A stretch of DNA of 60,999 nucleotides, taken from Bacteroidota bacterium. GTDB lineage: Bacteria; Bacteroidota; Bacteroidia; Flavobacteriales_D; JABDKJ01. The DNA lies in assembly GCA_039028335.1 (NCBI GenBank), contig JBCCIF010000005.1, positions 1 to 60,999 on the forward strand, in the 5' to 3' direction. The notes beneath the pieces are model-generated. The model was not told the origin of the DNA and made no database searches. It worked only from the letters and a program-made list of their open reading frames with translations. Of the stretch, positions 29,657 through 39,611 are shown one piece after another. The position numbers were made by a program, and so were the translations under genes. Every line of letters starts with the position of its first letter. Position 1 is the first letter of the stretch.

Positions 29657-30682
29657 GTGGATTACAAAAAAAGAGGCGTTTTATTAGTCAATTTGGGATC
29701 GCCAGAAAGTCCTTCTACTAAAGATGTACGCGTGTATCTCAGAGAATTTTTGATGGACGAAAGGGTAATCGATGTCCCCTATCTTTTGCGAAAGTTTTTG
29801 ATTGAATGCATTATTCTTCCCACACGACCAAAAAAATCTGCCGAAGCGTATCGTTCCATTTGGTGGGACGAAGGATCACCCTTAATAGTGCTGAGCGAAA
29901 GGCTCAAAGCAAGACTGCAACCTAAAGTACAATCTGATATCGAATTGGGCATGCGTTATGGAAAAATGTCGATAGAATCGGGTATTGATAAACTGGTTAA
30001 ACGCAATCCTGGAATTGAGACGATTCATTTGGTGCCGCTCTACCCTCATTACGCCATGTCCAGCTATGAGACTGTGGTTGTGAAAGCGGAAGAAATTATG
30101 GCAGAGAAATATCCTGAACTTCGTTTAGAGACTTTGGCTCCTTTCTACAAAGATGAGAGCTATATTTCTGCGCTGTCAAAAAGTATTGAGAAGCATTTGG
30201 AAGCAGACTACGATCACATACTTTTCTCTTATCATGGTATACCCGAACGCCATGTAAAGAAATCGGATGTCACAGGTGAACATTGCTTAAAATGTGAGAA
30301 TTGTTGTGAAGTGAAAAGCGAAGCACATGCAAATTGCTATCGCCATCAGGTTTTTGAAACCACTAAAGCTGTTGCCAAGCAACTTCATCTCGATCCAGAC
30401 AAATTTTCGGTTAGCTTTCAATCTCGACTTGGAAAAGACCCTTGGCTTCGCCCATTTACAGATAAAGAAATCATCCGATTTGCCGAGGAAGGCAAAAAGA
30501 AATTGGTAATCGTGTGTCCGGCTTTCGTTTCAGATTGCCTGGAAACCATTGAAGAAATTGGTATGGAAGCAAAACATGAATTTTTGGAAGCAGGAGGCGA
30601 GCAATTTACTTTGGTGCCCTGCCTCAATACCGATGAACAATGGGTAGACACCTTGGCCAATTGGTGTAACCAAGCGAAGTAA
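29657..30682 (+). CDS. hemH: Ferrochelatase
   Basis: LLVNLGSP, GSPL, GMRYG, PLYPHY, FSYHGIP, FQSRLG, FVSDCLETIEEI. Confidence 0.97.
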   Translation: MDYKKRGVLLVNLGSPESPSTKDVRVYLREFLMDERVIDVPYLLRKFLIECIILPTRPKKSAEAYRSIWWDEGSPLIVLSERLKARLQPKVQSDIELGMRYGKMSIESGIDKLVKRNPGIETIHLVPLYPHYAMSSYETVVVKAEEIMAEKYPELRLETLAPFYKDESYISALSKSIEKHLEADYDHILFSYHGIPERHVKKSDVTGEHCLKCENCCEVKSEAHANCYRHQVFETTKAVAKQLHLDPDKFSVSFQSRLGKDPWLRPFTDKEIIRFAEEGKKKLVIVCPAFVSDCLETIEEIGMEAKHEFLEAGGEQFTLVPCLNTDEQWVDTLANWCNQAK

Positions 30683-30686
30683 AAAC

Positions 30687-30811
30687 GACAGCTGAAAGCT
30701 GAATCAAAATGGCAATCAAAATGACAGTTGAAAGCTGAATCAAAATATCAATCAAAATGAAAATCAAAATGGATAGAGAAGTATTAATAATTGTCTGTTT
30801 TGATTTTGATT
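30687..30811 (+). repeat. 36-bp tandem duplication plus AATCAAAAT/TTTTGATT hairpin in the hemH-hemG spacer
   Basis: 30687-30722 and 30723-30758 are 33/36 identical; aatcaaaatggatag (30762-30776) pairs with ttgtctgttttgatt (30791-30805) using G-U pairs. Confidence 0.85.
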
Positions 30812-30819
30812 ACTAAGTA

Positions 30820-32118
30820 TTGACCACGCCAAAAAAATATTCAACTATCATACTCGGAGGTGGCCTAAGTGGACTCGCTTCGGCTTTTTATCTGAAGCAA
30901 AAAGGCGAAAAGTTTCTATTAATTGAAAAGGAAGAACAGTGCGGAGGAGTCATTCAATCCTTTGAATTAGATGGTGCAATTTTTGACAAAGCAGCCATCT
31001 CTTTCAGCTTGACTCCTGAAATTCAAGAGATGATTTCTGCTTTGGGAATTGAAGATCAATTGCTTTATCCTAAAGAGCAGAGTAAGAATCGCTTCATCTA
31101 TTCTGCAAATCGACTTCATCGCTTAAGACCCAGCCCCCTTTCTATTTTGACAACTTCATTATTATCATGGAAAGCCAAACGCAGGCTTTTAAAAGAAAGC
31201 AAAGTGAGCAGTCGCTCAGATCAAAACGAAAGCGTTGCGGACTTTATCCGCAGGCGTTTTGGAAATGAACTTTACGAGAAAATTGGCAATGCTGTCATGG
31301 GTGGAATCTATGCCGGTGACCCCGAGCAAATGGAAGCCGCTTTCGTCTTAAAGCGCTTTGTTGATTTGGAGAAAAAATACGGTTCACTTACTAAGAGTAT
31401 GAAAGCTGAAAAGGGCCGCAACAAACGAATTAGCGTATCCTTTAAAAAGGGCACGCAGGACTTAACCAAGGCCTTGGAAAAATATGCCAATGAATGTATC
31501 CTATGCAATACTTCAATTGAAAAAATAGTCCGAAAAGATGGACATTGGGAAATTCAATGCGAAAGCGAGACTTACCAAACGGAGCGCATCATTTCCTGCT
31601 TACCATCTTATGTTTTGGCAAATGTTTTAGACGGATTCGAAGATGAAAAAAAGCGCCTTTTAGACATTCGCTATTGCCAAGTGACGCTTTTACACCTTCT
31701 TTATAGCAATCAGGCTATTGGCATGAATCCGAATGGTTTTGGGTTTCTGATTCCCAAAAAAGAAGAAAAACCCATTTTGGGGGCTGTCATGAATTCGACC
31801 ATTTTTAAAGGTCGGGTAAAAGAAGACCAAACAGCCATTACGCTTTTTATTGGGGATCAAAATTTTGATAACCACTCTAAGGAAAATATAAAGGAAGCCC
31901 AAAGATTCCTGGAAGAAACACTGCAGATAAAAGGAGAAGCATTAACAAAAGAAATCACCTATTGGCCAAAAGCCATTCCTCAATTTCACATGGGGTATTC
32001 CGAAAATATTGAAGTATTGAAAAGTCGATTCGCAAAAGAAGATTTCATTCTCAATGGCAATTATGTCAGTGGGGTGAGTGTAGGTGATGTCATTAAATAT
32101 GCAAAAGATTTAATCTAA
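30820..32118 (+). CDS. hemG: Protoporphyrinogen oxidase, HemY-type FAD enzyme
   Basis: GGGLSGL, GGVIQS, ESVADFIRRRFG, GIYAGDP, GFGFLIP, AIPQF, GNYVSGVSV. Confidence 0.9.
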   Translation: MTTPKKYSTIILGGGLSGLASAFYLKQKGEKFLLIEKEEQCGGVIQSFELDGAIFDKAAISFSLTPEIQEMISALGIEDQLLYPKEQSKNRFIYSANRLHRLRPSPLSILTTSLLSWKAKRRLLKESKVSSRSDQNESVADFIRRRFGNELYEKIGNAVMGGIYAGDPEQMEAAFVLKRFVDLEKKYGSLTKSMKAEKGRNKRISVSFKKGTQDLTKALEKYANECILCNTSIEKIVRKDGHWEIQCESETYQTERIISCLPSYVLANVLDGFEDEKKRLLDIRYCQVTLLHLLYSNQAIGMNPNGFGFLIPKKEEKPILGAVMNSTIFKGRVKEDQTAITLFIGDQNFDNHSKENIKEAQRFLEETLQIKGEALTKEITYWPKAIPQFHMGYSENIEVLKSRFAKEDFILNGNYVSGVSVGDVIKYAKDLI

Positions 32119-33876
32119 ATTTTCAAAAACACTCCAATTCGACCAAGGAGAAAGCACGACATTATTTCCCTGCAATCTCTCTGGCAATGGCAAATCAGGA
32201 TTGACCAAACAACCACATCTGACTCTCCACTTATAAAATGCTCCCGGCACCAGTTCAGCTGATATACCATTTGGAAAAAGACTGGTATTGAATAAAGTAA
32301 ATTGCGCGTCTGGAACAAATGCTGGAGAAAAGTCAAAACCATCAGGGTCGCCTAAAACATTATCTCCTTGCACTAAAATGGTTCCTGTTGGTTGGGTGAA
32401 TGTTGCACTCTCATCTAACGTTCCAATTGTACCACCACTTAATAAGCAGGCCGTAGTTTTGTCTGAATAGTGGTTCCATTTGAGTTGAGTTGTTGAAGTG
32501 TTTTGTTCTTCTATCAAACCAATAGGTTGATCAACAAATTCGAGATTAGTGCATTGATTAGAAAATAAAAAATTCTTTTTAAATACCTTGAACTTTGTAT
32601 CTGTCCCCCAAACCAAATTCACACCTTGCTGTATGAATTGTCCATAATCTACTGTCCCTGCAAAAAGAAAATTATTGGCATCTATTCTATGCAATTCATA
32701 AATATCATCATGAGCCATTTCATCCGAGAATTGAATGCGTTCTGATAGAACACATTCACCCGTTATCAAATTCATTTGAAATACGGAATACTCTAAAAAA
32801 GGCTCAATCGTATTAGTGAAAGGCGGGCAAAAATCATCTTGCCAAAAACTAATTCCATAAATATTATCGTCCTCAAAAAGATACTTAGTGTAGTGTTTAT
32901 TCAAAAGTTGGCCGGCTCCTGGATCTGAAAGCGCGCCTAATTCATCACACAATTGCCACCATGGAAATGTTTCATAGATCAATGAATCAGAATCAAAGTA
33001 TTCTATTCGATCAACAATAAAATCACTCGGAATACTGGGACTAATATTCAATACTTTTTCAGAAGAATTGTCGTCAAATCTATGCAGATCAGTCCTTTTT
33101 AAGGTTAAAGGAATTTTTGCAACGTCAATATCACGTATTTGATAAAATTGACTGACTTCCTGTAAATCAAAAATACTTAAAACAAGCAGATCAGAACCCC
33201 ACCCTTCCCATAATGAACCAGGAACAGATTCATCATCGAAATATAATCCACTTATAACTAAGTTAGAATCATTAATTAACTCAATTTGATTAAAGATTGG
33301 TATGGAATCGTAGTTTATAGACAGATTATTGAAAAACGTATCTATACTATCAATGAATTCTTCAAATCCTAAGCCCACCACCTTATCATTCAAAACACCT
33401 CCCTCAGCATTTATCTTATAAACCCTATCATAATTCACCGAAAATAAGGTCCCATCTTCAGCCTCGTCAATATCCACCGAGGCTTGATCCAGTGTCCAAA
33501 TTTCATTACCGTTAGCATCATTGCGTTGAATTTTTTCTCCGCATACTACTAAATCTCCATTATTGGCTTCAATCAATGTTCCCTCATAAGGAAAAACGTT
33601 AAAGCCTAGATCTCGGTACCAAATTGAATCTCCATTCTCTTTGAATTTCAATAAGAAGGCATCGGAATTTTCTGTAAAGGCATTGGTTCCCCCGTACAAT
33701 ACAAAATCTCCATCCTGCACTTGTATCATGTCCAAAGCAAAAGAAGAGTCCGGCAGACCAAAGGTCTTTTCCCATTCGGTTTGTCCCATACCTTGCAGAG
33801 AAAGGAGTAAAAAGAAGTGTAGAGTTAAAGTCGAGCTTCTTATCATAGTGATGTTTTTCCCTTTAAAATTAGTCAA
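32110..33876 (-). CDS. Secreted hypothetical protein (N-terminal beta-propeller-like region, C-terminal FN3-like region)
   Basis: Signal peptide, WEKTFG...DAFLLK...GDSIW and C-terminal YKWRVRCGC...SPWS. Start probably ATG 33846. Confidence 0.6.
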   Translation of the reverse strand: MTNFKGKNITMIRSSTLTLHFFLLLSLQGMGQTEWEKTFGLPDSSFALDMIQVQDGDFVLYGGTNAFTENSDAFLLKFKENGDSIWYRDLGFNVFPYEGTLIEANNGDLVVCGEKIQRNDANGNEIWTLDQASVDIDEAEDGTLFSVNYDRVYKINAEGGVLNDKVVGLGFEEFIDSIDTFFNNLSINYDSIPIFNQIELINDSNLVISGLYFDDESVPGSLWEGWGSDLLVLSIFDLQEVSQFYQIRDIDVAKIPLTLKRTDLHRFDDNSSEKVLNISPSIPSDFIVDRIEYFDSDSLIYETFPWWQLCDELGALSDPGAGQLLNKHYTKYLFEDDNIYGISFWQDDFCPPFTNTIEPFLEYSVFQMNLITGECVLSERIQFSDEMAHDDIYELHRIDANNFLFAGTVDYGQFIQQGVNLVWGTDTKFKVFKKNFLFSNQCTNLEFVDQPIGLIEEQNTSTTQLKWNHYSDKTTACLLSGGTIGTLDESATFTQPTGTILVQGDNVLGDPDGFDFSPAFVPDAQFTLFNTSLFPNGISAELVPGAFYKWRVRCGCLVNPDLPLPERLQGNNVVLSPWSNWSVFENLD

Positions 33877-33926
33877 TAAGCTGATTAATTGTATTTCTTC
33901 CGTGATTTTCTTCCTATGTTTAACTC

Positions 33927-34910
33927 ATGAAAATTCGCAGAATCCTTCTCCTCCTCATCTTGGTTTTGGTTGTTGTATTTTTTATGGGACCAAGTCCAAA
34001 AACGCCCAATTACGCTCAATTGGAAATGGATGAAGTTCCTCAAGATGTTCATCAATTATCAAATTATCTGAACGCTGAAAAAGAAGGCCTGAACATTCGA
34101 CCATATAATGAATCCTTCATCAATTGGGTGAATCCTGATTCATTGTATAAAACCGAATACGCCATGGTTTATTTGCACGGATTCTCTGCATCTCCTCAAG
34201 AAGGCAGTCCAGTTTGCTCAGACATGGCAAAAGAATTTGGCATGAATTACTATGCTCCCTTATTGGCTGAGCACGGTTTGGTCGAGGAAGAACCTCTCTT
34301 GAATTTCACCGCAGAAAAATGGATAGCCAGTGCAATGGAAGCAATAGAAGTGGGAAAGACATTAGGTGAAAAAGTTATTTTGGTTTCAGTGAGCACAGGA
34401 GGAACGGCTTCACTTTTCGCCTCAGCCACTAATGACCCTGCTATACACGCCCAAATCCTTTATTCTCCCAATATTGACTTATACGATCCCCGCTCTTTTA
34501 TCATGGAACTACCTTGGGGATTGGAAATAGGCAGAAAAGTTCTGGGCAGCGATTACTATACCTGGGAACCACCACCTGGTGCAGAAAAATTCTGGCATGC
34601 CAAATACAGGGCTGAGGCATTAATCAATTTAAAAGCCCTTTTGAGCTCGACCATGACTGCCCAAACATTTGAACAGGTTAAAATACCTACGATGGTCGCT
34701 TATTACTATCGTGATGAAAACCATCATGACGATGTCGTTTCAATCGATGCAATGAAGGAAATGATCAGCCAACTGGGAGTGCCGCAAGAAGATCAATACA
34801 TTCATGTTTTACCTACTGTCGAAGCACATTCCATGACCAGTGGATTTATGTGCAAGGATATTGATGCGGTGAAGAAGGTGACGCGTGAATTCTTGCAAGC
34901 CGAACTCTAA
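33927..34910 (+). CDS. Alpha/beta hydrolase (esterase/lipase-like)
   Basis: N-terminal anchor, VYLHGFSAS, nucleophile SVSTGG, DDVV, AH. Confidence 0.85.
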   Translation: MKIRRILLLLILVLVVVFFMGPSPKTPNYAQLEMDEVPQDVHQLSNYLNAEKEGLNIRPYNESFINWVNPDSLYKTEYAMVYLHGFSASPQEGSPVCSDMAKEFGMNYYAPLLAEHGLVEEEPLLNFTAEKWIASAMEAIEVGKTLGEKVILVSVSTGGTASLFASATNDPAIHAQILYSPNIDLYDPRSFIMELPWGLEIGRKVLGSDYYTWEPPPGAEKFWHAKYRAEALINLKALLSSTMTAQTFEQVKIPTMVAYYYRDENHHDDVVSIDAMKEMISQLGVPQEDQYIHVLPTVEAHSMTSGFMCKDIDAVKKVTREFLQAEL

Positions 34911-36353
34911 ATGGCAGGAATTTCCGTAAAAAGATTCGGGCTGGTTCTGGGGCCTGTCGCCTTTCTTATTTTCTTTTTCTGGCCAAATGAAATCATCAAT
35001 GGCCAAGCAGACAATGTAATTGCCTTTGCCCTCTGGATGATCATTTGGTGGATGACAGAGGCCGTCTCTATTTCAGTTACGGCACTCATTCCCATTGTAT
35101 TTTTTCCCGCCTTTGGATTGGCCAGTATGAAAGAAGTAGGAGCTTCTTATGGAGATCCCATAGTCTTTCTTTTTCTTGGAGGGTTCATCATCGCTCTGGC
35201 TTTAGAAAAAGTCAATCTGCACAAAAGAGTCGCATTGGGTATTATCCGATATACAGGCTCGAGTCCCAATCGCGTATTATTGGGCTTTATGATCGCCACT
35301 GCATTCATGAGCATGTGGATCAGCAATACAGCAAGCACGGTAGTCATGCTACCTATTGCGCTTCAAGTTATTCAGCTATTGGTAAAAGATGAAGATGGCT
35401 TTAGTCTTCAGGACCGAAAGTTCGCCCTTAAAATAATGCTCGGTATTGCTTTTGCCGCCAATGTTGGAGGAATTGCGACCATCATCGGCACACCACCAAA
35501 TATGGCCATGATTGGTTTTGTCGAGAAAAGCTATGGACTTGAAATATCCTTTATGAAATGGATGGCTGTAGGCTTGCCCTTTTCATGCGTTATGCTCTTG
35601 ATCATTTATGCGGTGCTTACGCTGTTCATATTCAAGCAAAAGGACTATCGACTCAATGACCCACAAGGCGTCATCAATCGCGAAATACAAGAATTGGGAG
35701 GAATTAAAAGCAATGAAAAATGGGTGATTGCAATTTTCTCTTTAACCATAGCGCTTTGGATATTTAAAAATCAAATCAACGAATGGCAAAGCCTTATTTC
35801 CTTCTCCAATGCCGGCATTGGGATGTTAGGGGCCTTCTTACTTTTCTGTATTCCACTACTGAATTCAAAAGACACTCAGCTTCTCGAATGGAAAGACACG
35901 AAAAACCTACCTTGGGGGATCATCATTCTCTTTGGAGGTGGCTTAGCATTGGCAAGCGCCATGAAGAACACGGGCATAATTGATCTTATCGGATCAAGTA
36001 TAGCAGCTCAGGGACATATTTCGATAATTGCAATTGTTTCGATTTTAATTGCTATCATTCTATTCATGACCGAACTGATGAGTAATGTAGCATTGATAAC
36101 TGTTTTCACTCCTGTTGTAGCAGGAATTGCTCTTGGTTTAGATCAACCCATGTTGGAGTTATTGATTCCCATAACAATGGCTGCGAGCTGCGCTTTCATG
36201 CTTCCAATGGCCACACCGCCTAATGCCATCGTATTTGCCAGTGGTCATGTAAAGGTAGCCGAGATGGCTAAAGCGGGAATCGTACTGAACATCATTTCCA
36301 TTTTGATTTTGATACTCTTCGCCCGCTTTTATATTCCTTATGTTTTTTCTTGA
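34911..36353 (+). CDS. SLC13/DASS sodium-coupled dicarboxylate/sulfate symporter
   Basis: SMWISNTA, GTPPN, TELMSN, FMLPMATPPNA. Confidence 0.93.
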   Translation: MAGISVKRFGLVLGPVAFLIFFFWPNEIINGQADNVIAFALWMIIWWMTEAVSISVTALIPIVFFPAFGLASMKEVGASYGDPIVFLFLGGFIIALALEKVNLHKRVALGIIRYTGSSPNRVLLGFMIATAFMSMWISNTASTVVMLPIALQVIQLLVKDEDGFSLQDRKFALKIMLGIAFAANVGGIATIIGTPPNMAMIGFVEKSYGLEISFMKWMAVGLPFSCVMLLIIYAVLTLFIFKQKDYRLNDPQGVINREIQELGGIKSNEKWVIAIFSLTIALWIFKNQINEWQSLISFSNAGIGMLGAFLLFCIPLLNSKDTQLLEWKDTKNLPWGIIILFGGGLALASAMKNTGIIDLIGSSIAAQGHISIIAIVSILIAIILFMTELMSNVALITVFTPVVAGIALGLDQPMLELLIPITMAASCAFMLPMATPPNAIVFASGHVKVAEMAKAGIVLNIISILILILFARFYIPYVFS

Positions 36354-36356
36354 AGC

Positions 36357-37169
36357 TTATTGAACGATAGTAGTGTCTCTTGAGACCGTATATGCTCCAA
36401 AATATCCCAAGGCACCATTGCTCATATTGGTCTCAACATTAGCCGGGGGAGAATCAAAAAGTCCTCCTCTAAATTCTGTTTCAAAAAGCATTGCCAACCA
36501 TGTATCATTGGCCTGCTCGCTTACAGCATACTGCTCAAGGATAATTGTATCGCCAGGAAAGGCATCCAATTCATAAACAGGGATTCCTTCTAGAAAAGCA
36601 CCGTCACTGCCTTGATCGGAAGTAAAGAAAATATTGGAGAGCGTATCGTTTTCTGCAACCCCATTGATAAACACGCGCCACATGTACCAATTGTCTTCAT
36701 CAGGCGTCTCCTGTGTCCAGAGCAATAAATCGTATTCTCCTGGTTCTTCTCCTTCAGGAGCTTCTGTTTCATCCGTAGCGATCATCAAAATTTCTGGAAC
36801 AGAATACATGATGTCTTTTCCAGTGAATAGCTCACCTTCATAATCGATGGTTAATGTATGTTCACTTAAGGGACTTCCTTGCACATTTACATCGGTATAG
36901 TACCTCCCACTGTTCCCAGCTTCTGTCAAATTGTACAAATTAGTGCCATCTGAAATGGTTACGATCGCACCCGTGACCGGTTCAGGCAATTCATTGACAA
37001 AATAATCCGCTGTCCACGTCAGCTTTATTTCATGAGCTATTTGCTCATTTGTAATTTCGCCTTCAACGACAATCCTGCGATTCTGATTGTCATTTAAATC
37101 CAATTCAATTCGTTCTGTGCATGAAGCAAGAAGGAATACCAATACGATTAGTGCACTTATATTCTTCAT
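36357..37169 (-). CDS. DUF4249 lipoprotein
   Basis: Lipobox LLASC, IVVEGEIT, PPANVETN...ALGYF; directly downstream of the TonB receptor. Confidence 0.85.
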   Translation of the reverse strand: MKNISALIVLVFLLASCTERIELDLNDNQNRRIVVEGEITNEQIAHEIKLTWTADYFVNELPEPVTGAIVTISDGTNLYNLTEAGNSGRYYTDVNVQGSPLSEHTLTIDYEGELFTGKDIMYSVPEILMIATDETEAPEGEEPGEYDLLLWTQETPDEDNWYMWRVFINGVAENDTLSNIFFTSDQGSDGAFLEGIPVYELDAFPGDTIILEQYAVSEQANDTWLAMLFETEFRGGLFDSPPANVETNMSNGALGYFGAYTVSRDTTIVQ

Positions 37170-37173
37170 CTTC

Positions 37174-39510
37174 CTAAAATTTAAAATTGTAAGTGACCGA
37201 TGGAATTATTCCAAACAAATATGTTTTTTCCGCATAGGTGACTTCGGGGTTATCTTCTTCTTGTCTGAAATTTATACTGAATGTATTGTGCCTATTATAC
37301 GCATTGTACAATGAAAACACCCATTCTCCTTTCCACTTCCGCTCTGAATTTTTCTTCTGTTGTAAGGTAAGGGACAAGTCCAAACGATGATAATTAGGTA
37401 AGCGTTCTGCATTTCTGTCTGAATAGACAGGAATAACCTGGCCTAAATAGAAAAACCGTCCAGTAGGCATTGTGACTGCTCGACCTGATTGAAAGACCCA
37501 GTTGAAACCAAGTGTCATTCTTTCATTCAAAAAGTAATTTCCGACAACAGCGAAGTCATGGGTCTTATCGTAATTCGCACGATAAGTTTCTCCTCCGTTT
37601 ATGCCGTCAATTGTCTTTTCCGTTCTAGAGAGCGTGTAACTGACAAAGCCTTTCAAAAGGCCTTTCTTCTTTCTCAAAAGTAATTCTAGCCCATAGGCTT
37701 GTCCCGTCCCTGTTCTGAGTTCTCCCTCTAAATCTTCTTGCAAGAAGAGTTGTGCGTGATCTCGAAAATCGATCACGTTATTGTTCTTTTTGTAGTAAAC
37801 TTCTACAGATGTTTCATAAAGATTGTCCTTTAAGTTCTTAAAATAACCCAAAGCCACTTGATCAGTAGTCTGCGGCTTTACTTCAGGACTTGCAGGGAAC
37901 CAAATATCAAAAGGAGTAGCCGATGTTGAATTCGAGGCCAATTGTATGTATTGGTTCATGCGGTTATAACTTGCCTTAATGGATGTGGAGGAATTCAATT
38001 TATAGCGCGCCCCTAATCTTGGCTCTAAACCGGAATAGGTATTGTAAACATCGCCTTTCTCAAAAAAGAGGGTATCCACTATTTCGTAATTGCTATCATG
38101 TACGAATTCGCGCGCTTCTCCTATATTCTGAAAAAGCGAAAAGCGAAGACCGTATTCCATTGTTAACTTCTTGCCTACTTTTTGCTCATTGCTCACATAA
38201 AGTCCGTGCTCATAAGCGGTTTCATCATCGAGTTTAAAACCTGTAACGATGCTCTGAGGATCATCAGAAGAAACAGTTCCCGGTTCAAATCGATGGTGGA
38301 TTCCTTGATATCCAAATTCAATCGTATTGTTGGGATTCAAGAAATACGTATAATCCAATTTCAAGGATAAATCCTTGATATTGGATGTCCACTTGAAAGC
38401 ATCAACACCTTCATCTTGACCGAGGAAATAATCGTAATTACTTCTCAGCAAAGTAAGGTTAGAAAAGAGCTTTGGTCCGTAAATATGATTCCATCGAATG
38501 GTTCCTGTCGCATTTCCCCAGTCCAATCCAAATGCATCTGCACCGGTACCAAATCGAAAGACATCTCGTCCGAAATAGCCAGAAGCAAAAACACGGTTGT
38601 TGGGATCAATTTCTAAATTGGCCTTAGCGTTCAAATCGTAGAAATACAATTGATTTTCATTAAGATCTGGATTCGAAGAAAGACCTAAAAAGATATCGGC
38701 ATAGGTTCGTCTTCCTGCAATCATGAATGAACCCTTGTTCTTCATAAATGGCGTTTCCAATGTAGCTCGACTACTGATTGTTCCAATTCCACCCGTTGCT
38801 TCAAAACGCTTATCGTTCCCTTCATTCATTCGAATATCCAATACTGAAGAGAGCCTTCCGCCATAGGTTGCAGGAATTCCTCCTTTATAAAGCTGTACAT
38901 CTTTGATTGCATCTGTATTGAAGACGGAAAATATGCCTAACATGTGCGAGGCATTATAGACGATAGACTCATCCAAAAGAACCAAATTCTGATCGTGGTT
39001 ACCTCCACGTACATACATTCCGCTCGTACCTTCTCCAATGGTTTGTACACCCGGTAACAATTGAATGGCTTTGATCAAATCCACCTCCCCCATCAGCGCT
39101 GGGATGGCTTTGATTTCAATAGCCGATAATTTCTCGACACTCATCTGAACATCATCTACATTCTGATCTTGCTTTTCGGCTGTGATTTCGACTAAATCCA
39201 ATGTGGTACTCTCCAAACTGAGTTCAATATCTTTTCGGATATCTTCCTGCAGATCGATTTGAAATTTGACATTTTCATACCCCACAAATCGTGCGATACA
39301 ATTATAGCTTCCGGCCGGGAGACTTATTGAGTAATAACCATAGACATTGGTAACTGCACCCGTTTCCAATTCTTCTACGTAAAGCGTTGCGCCAATCAAT
39401 TCCTCTCCATTTGAAGCATCCTTCATTGTTCCACTTAGGGAATACTTTTGTTGGGAGAAAAGGGCACAGGAAAGACAAACATATACAAGAGAGAGTATTG
39501 TCTTTTTCAT
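37174..39510 (-). CDS. TonB-dependent receptor
   Basis: Carboxypeptidase-reg domain, plug IPALMGEVD...VRGGNHDQN...YGGRLSS, C-terminal TYNFKF; TAGCTTTG promoter at 39528-39535. Confidence 0.93.
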   Translation of the reverse strand: MKKTILSLVYVCLSCALFSQQKYSLSGTMKDASNGEELIGATLYVEELETGAVTNVYGYYSISLPAGSYNCIARFVGYENVKFQIDLQEDIRKDIELSLESTTLDLVEITAEKQDQNVDDVQMSVEKLSAIEIKAIPALMGEVDLIKAIQLLPGVQTIGEGTSGMYVRGGNHDQNLVLLDESIVYNASHMLGIFSVFNTDAIKDVQLYKGGIPATYGGRLSSVLDIRMNEGNDKRFEATGGIGTISSRATLETPFMKNKGSFMIAGRRTYADIFLGLSSNPDLNENQLYFYDLNAKANLEIDPNNRVFASGYFGRDVFRFGTGADAFGLDWGNATGTIRWNHIYGPKLFSNLTLLRSNYDYFLGQDEGVDAFKWTSNIKDLSLKLDYTYFLNPNNTIEFGYQGIHHRFEPGTVSSDDPQSIVTGFKLDDETAYEHGLYVSNEQKVGKKLTMEYGLRFSLFQNIGEAREFVHDSNYEIVDTLFFEKGDVYNTYSGLEPRLGARYKLNSSTSIKASYNRMNQYIQLASNSTSATPFDIWFPASPEVKPQTTDQVALGYFKNLKDNLYETSVEVYYKKNNNVIDFRDHAQLFLQEDLEGELRTGTGQAYGLELLLRKKKGLLKGFVSYTLSRTEKTIDGINGGETYRANYDKTHDFAVVGNYFLNERMTLGFNWVFQSGRAVTMPTGRFFYLGQVIPVYSDRNAERLPNYHRLDLSLTLQQKKNSERKWKGEWVFSLYNAYNRHNTFSINFRQEEDNPEVTYAEKTYLFGIIPSVTYNFKF

Positions 39511-39611
39511 TAAGATTGATTTTAGAACAAAGCTAATTGCTAACGCTCCAAAAAGAAGTTAATTGTGCCAAGTGGCATTTAAGATTTATAGTTGGCAAAA
39601 GAGAATTTAGC

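Noticed and set aside
30687-30758. 36-bp repeats as a CRISPR array
   Set aside because: Two copies directly in tandem with no spacer and no cas genes.
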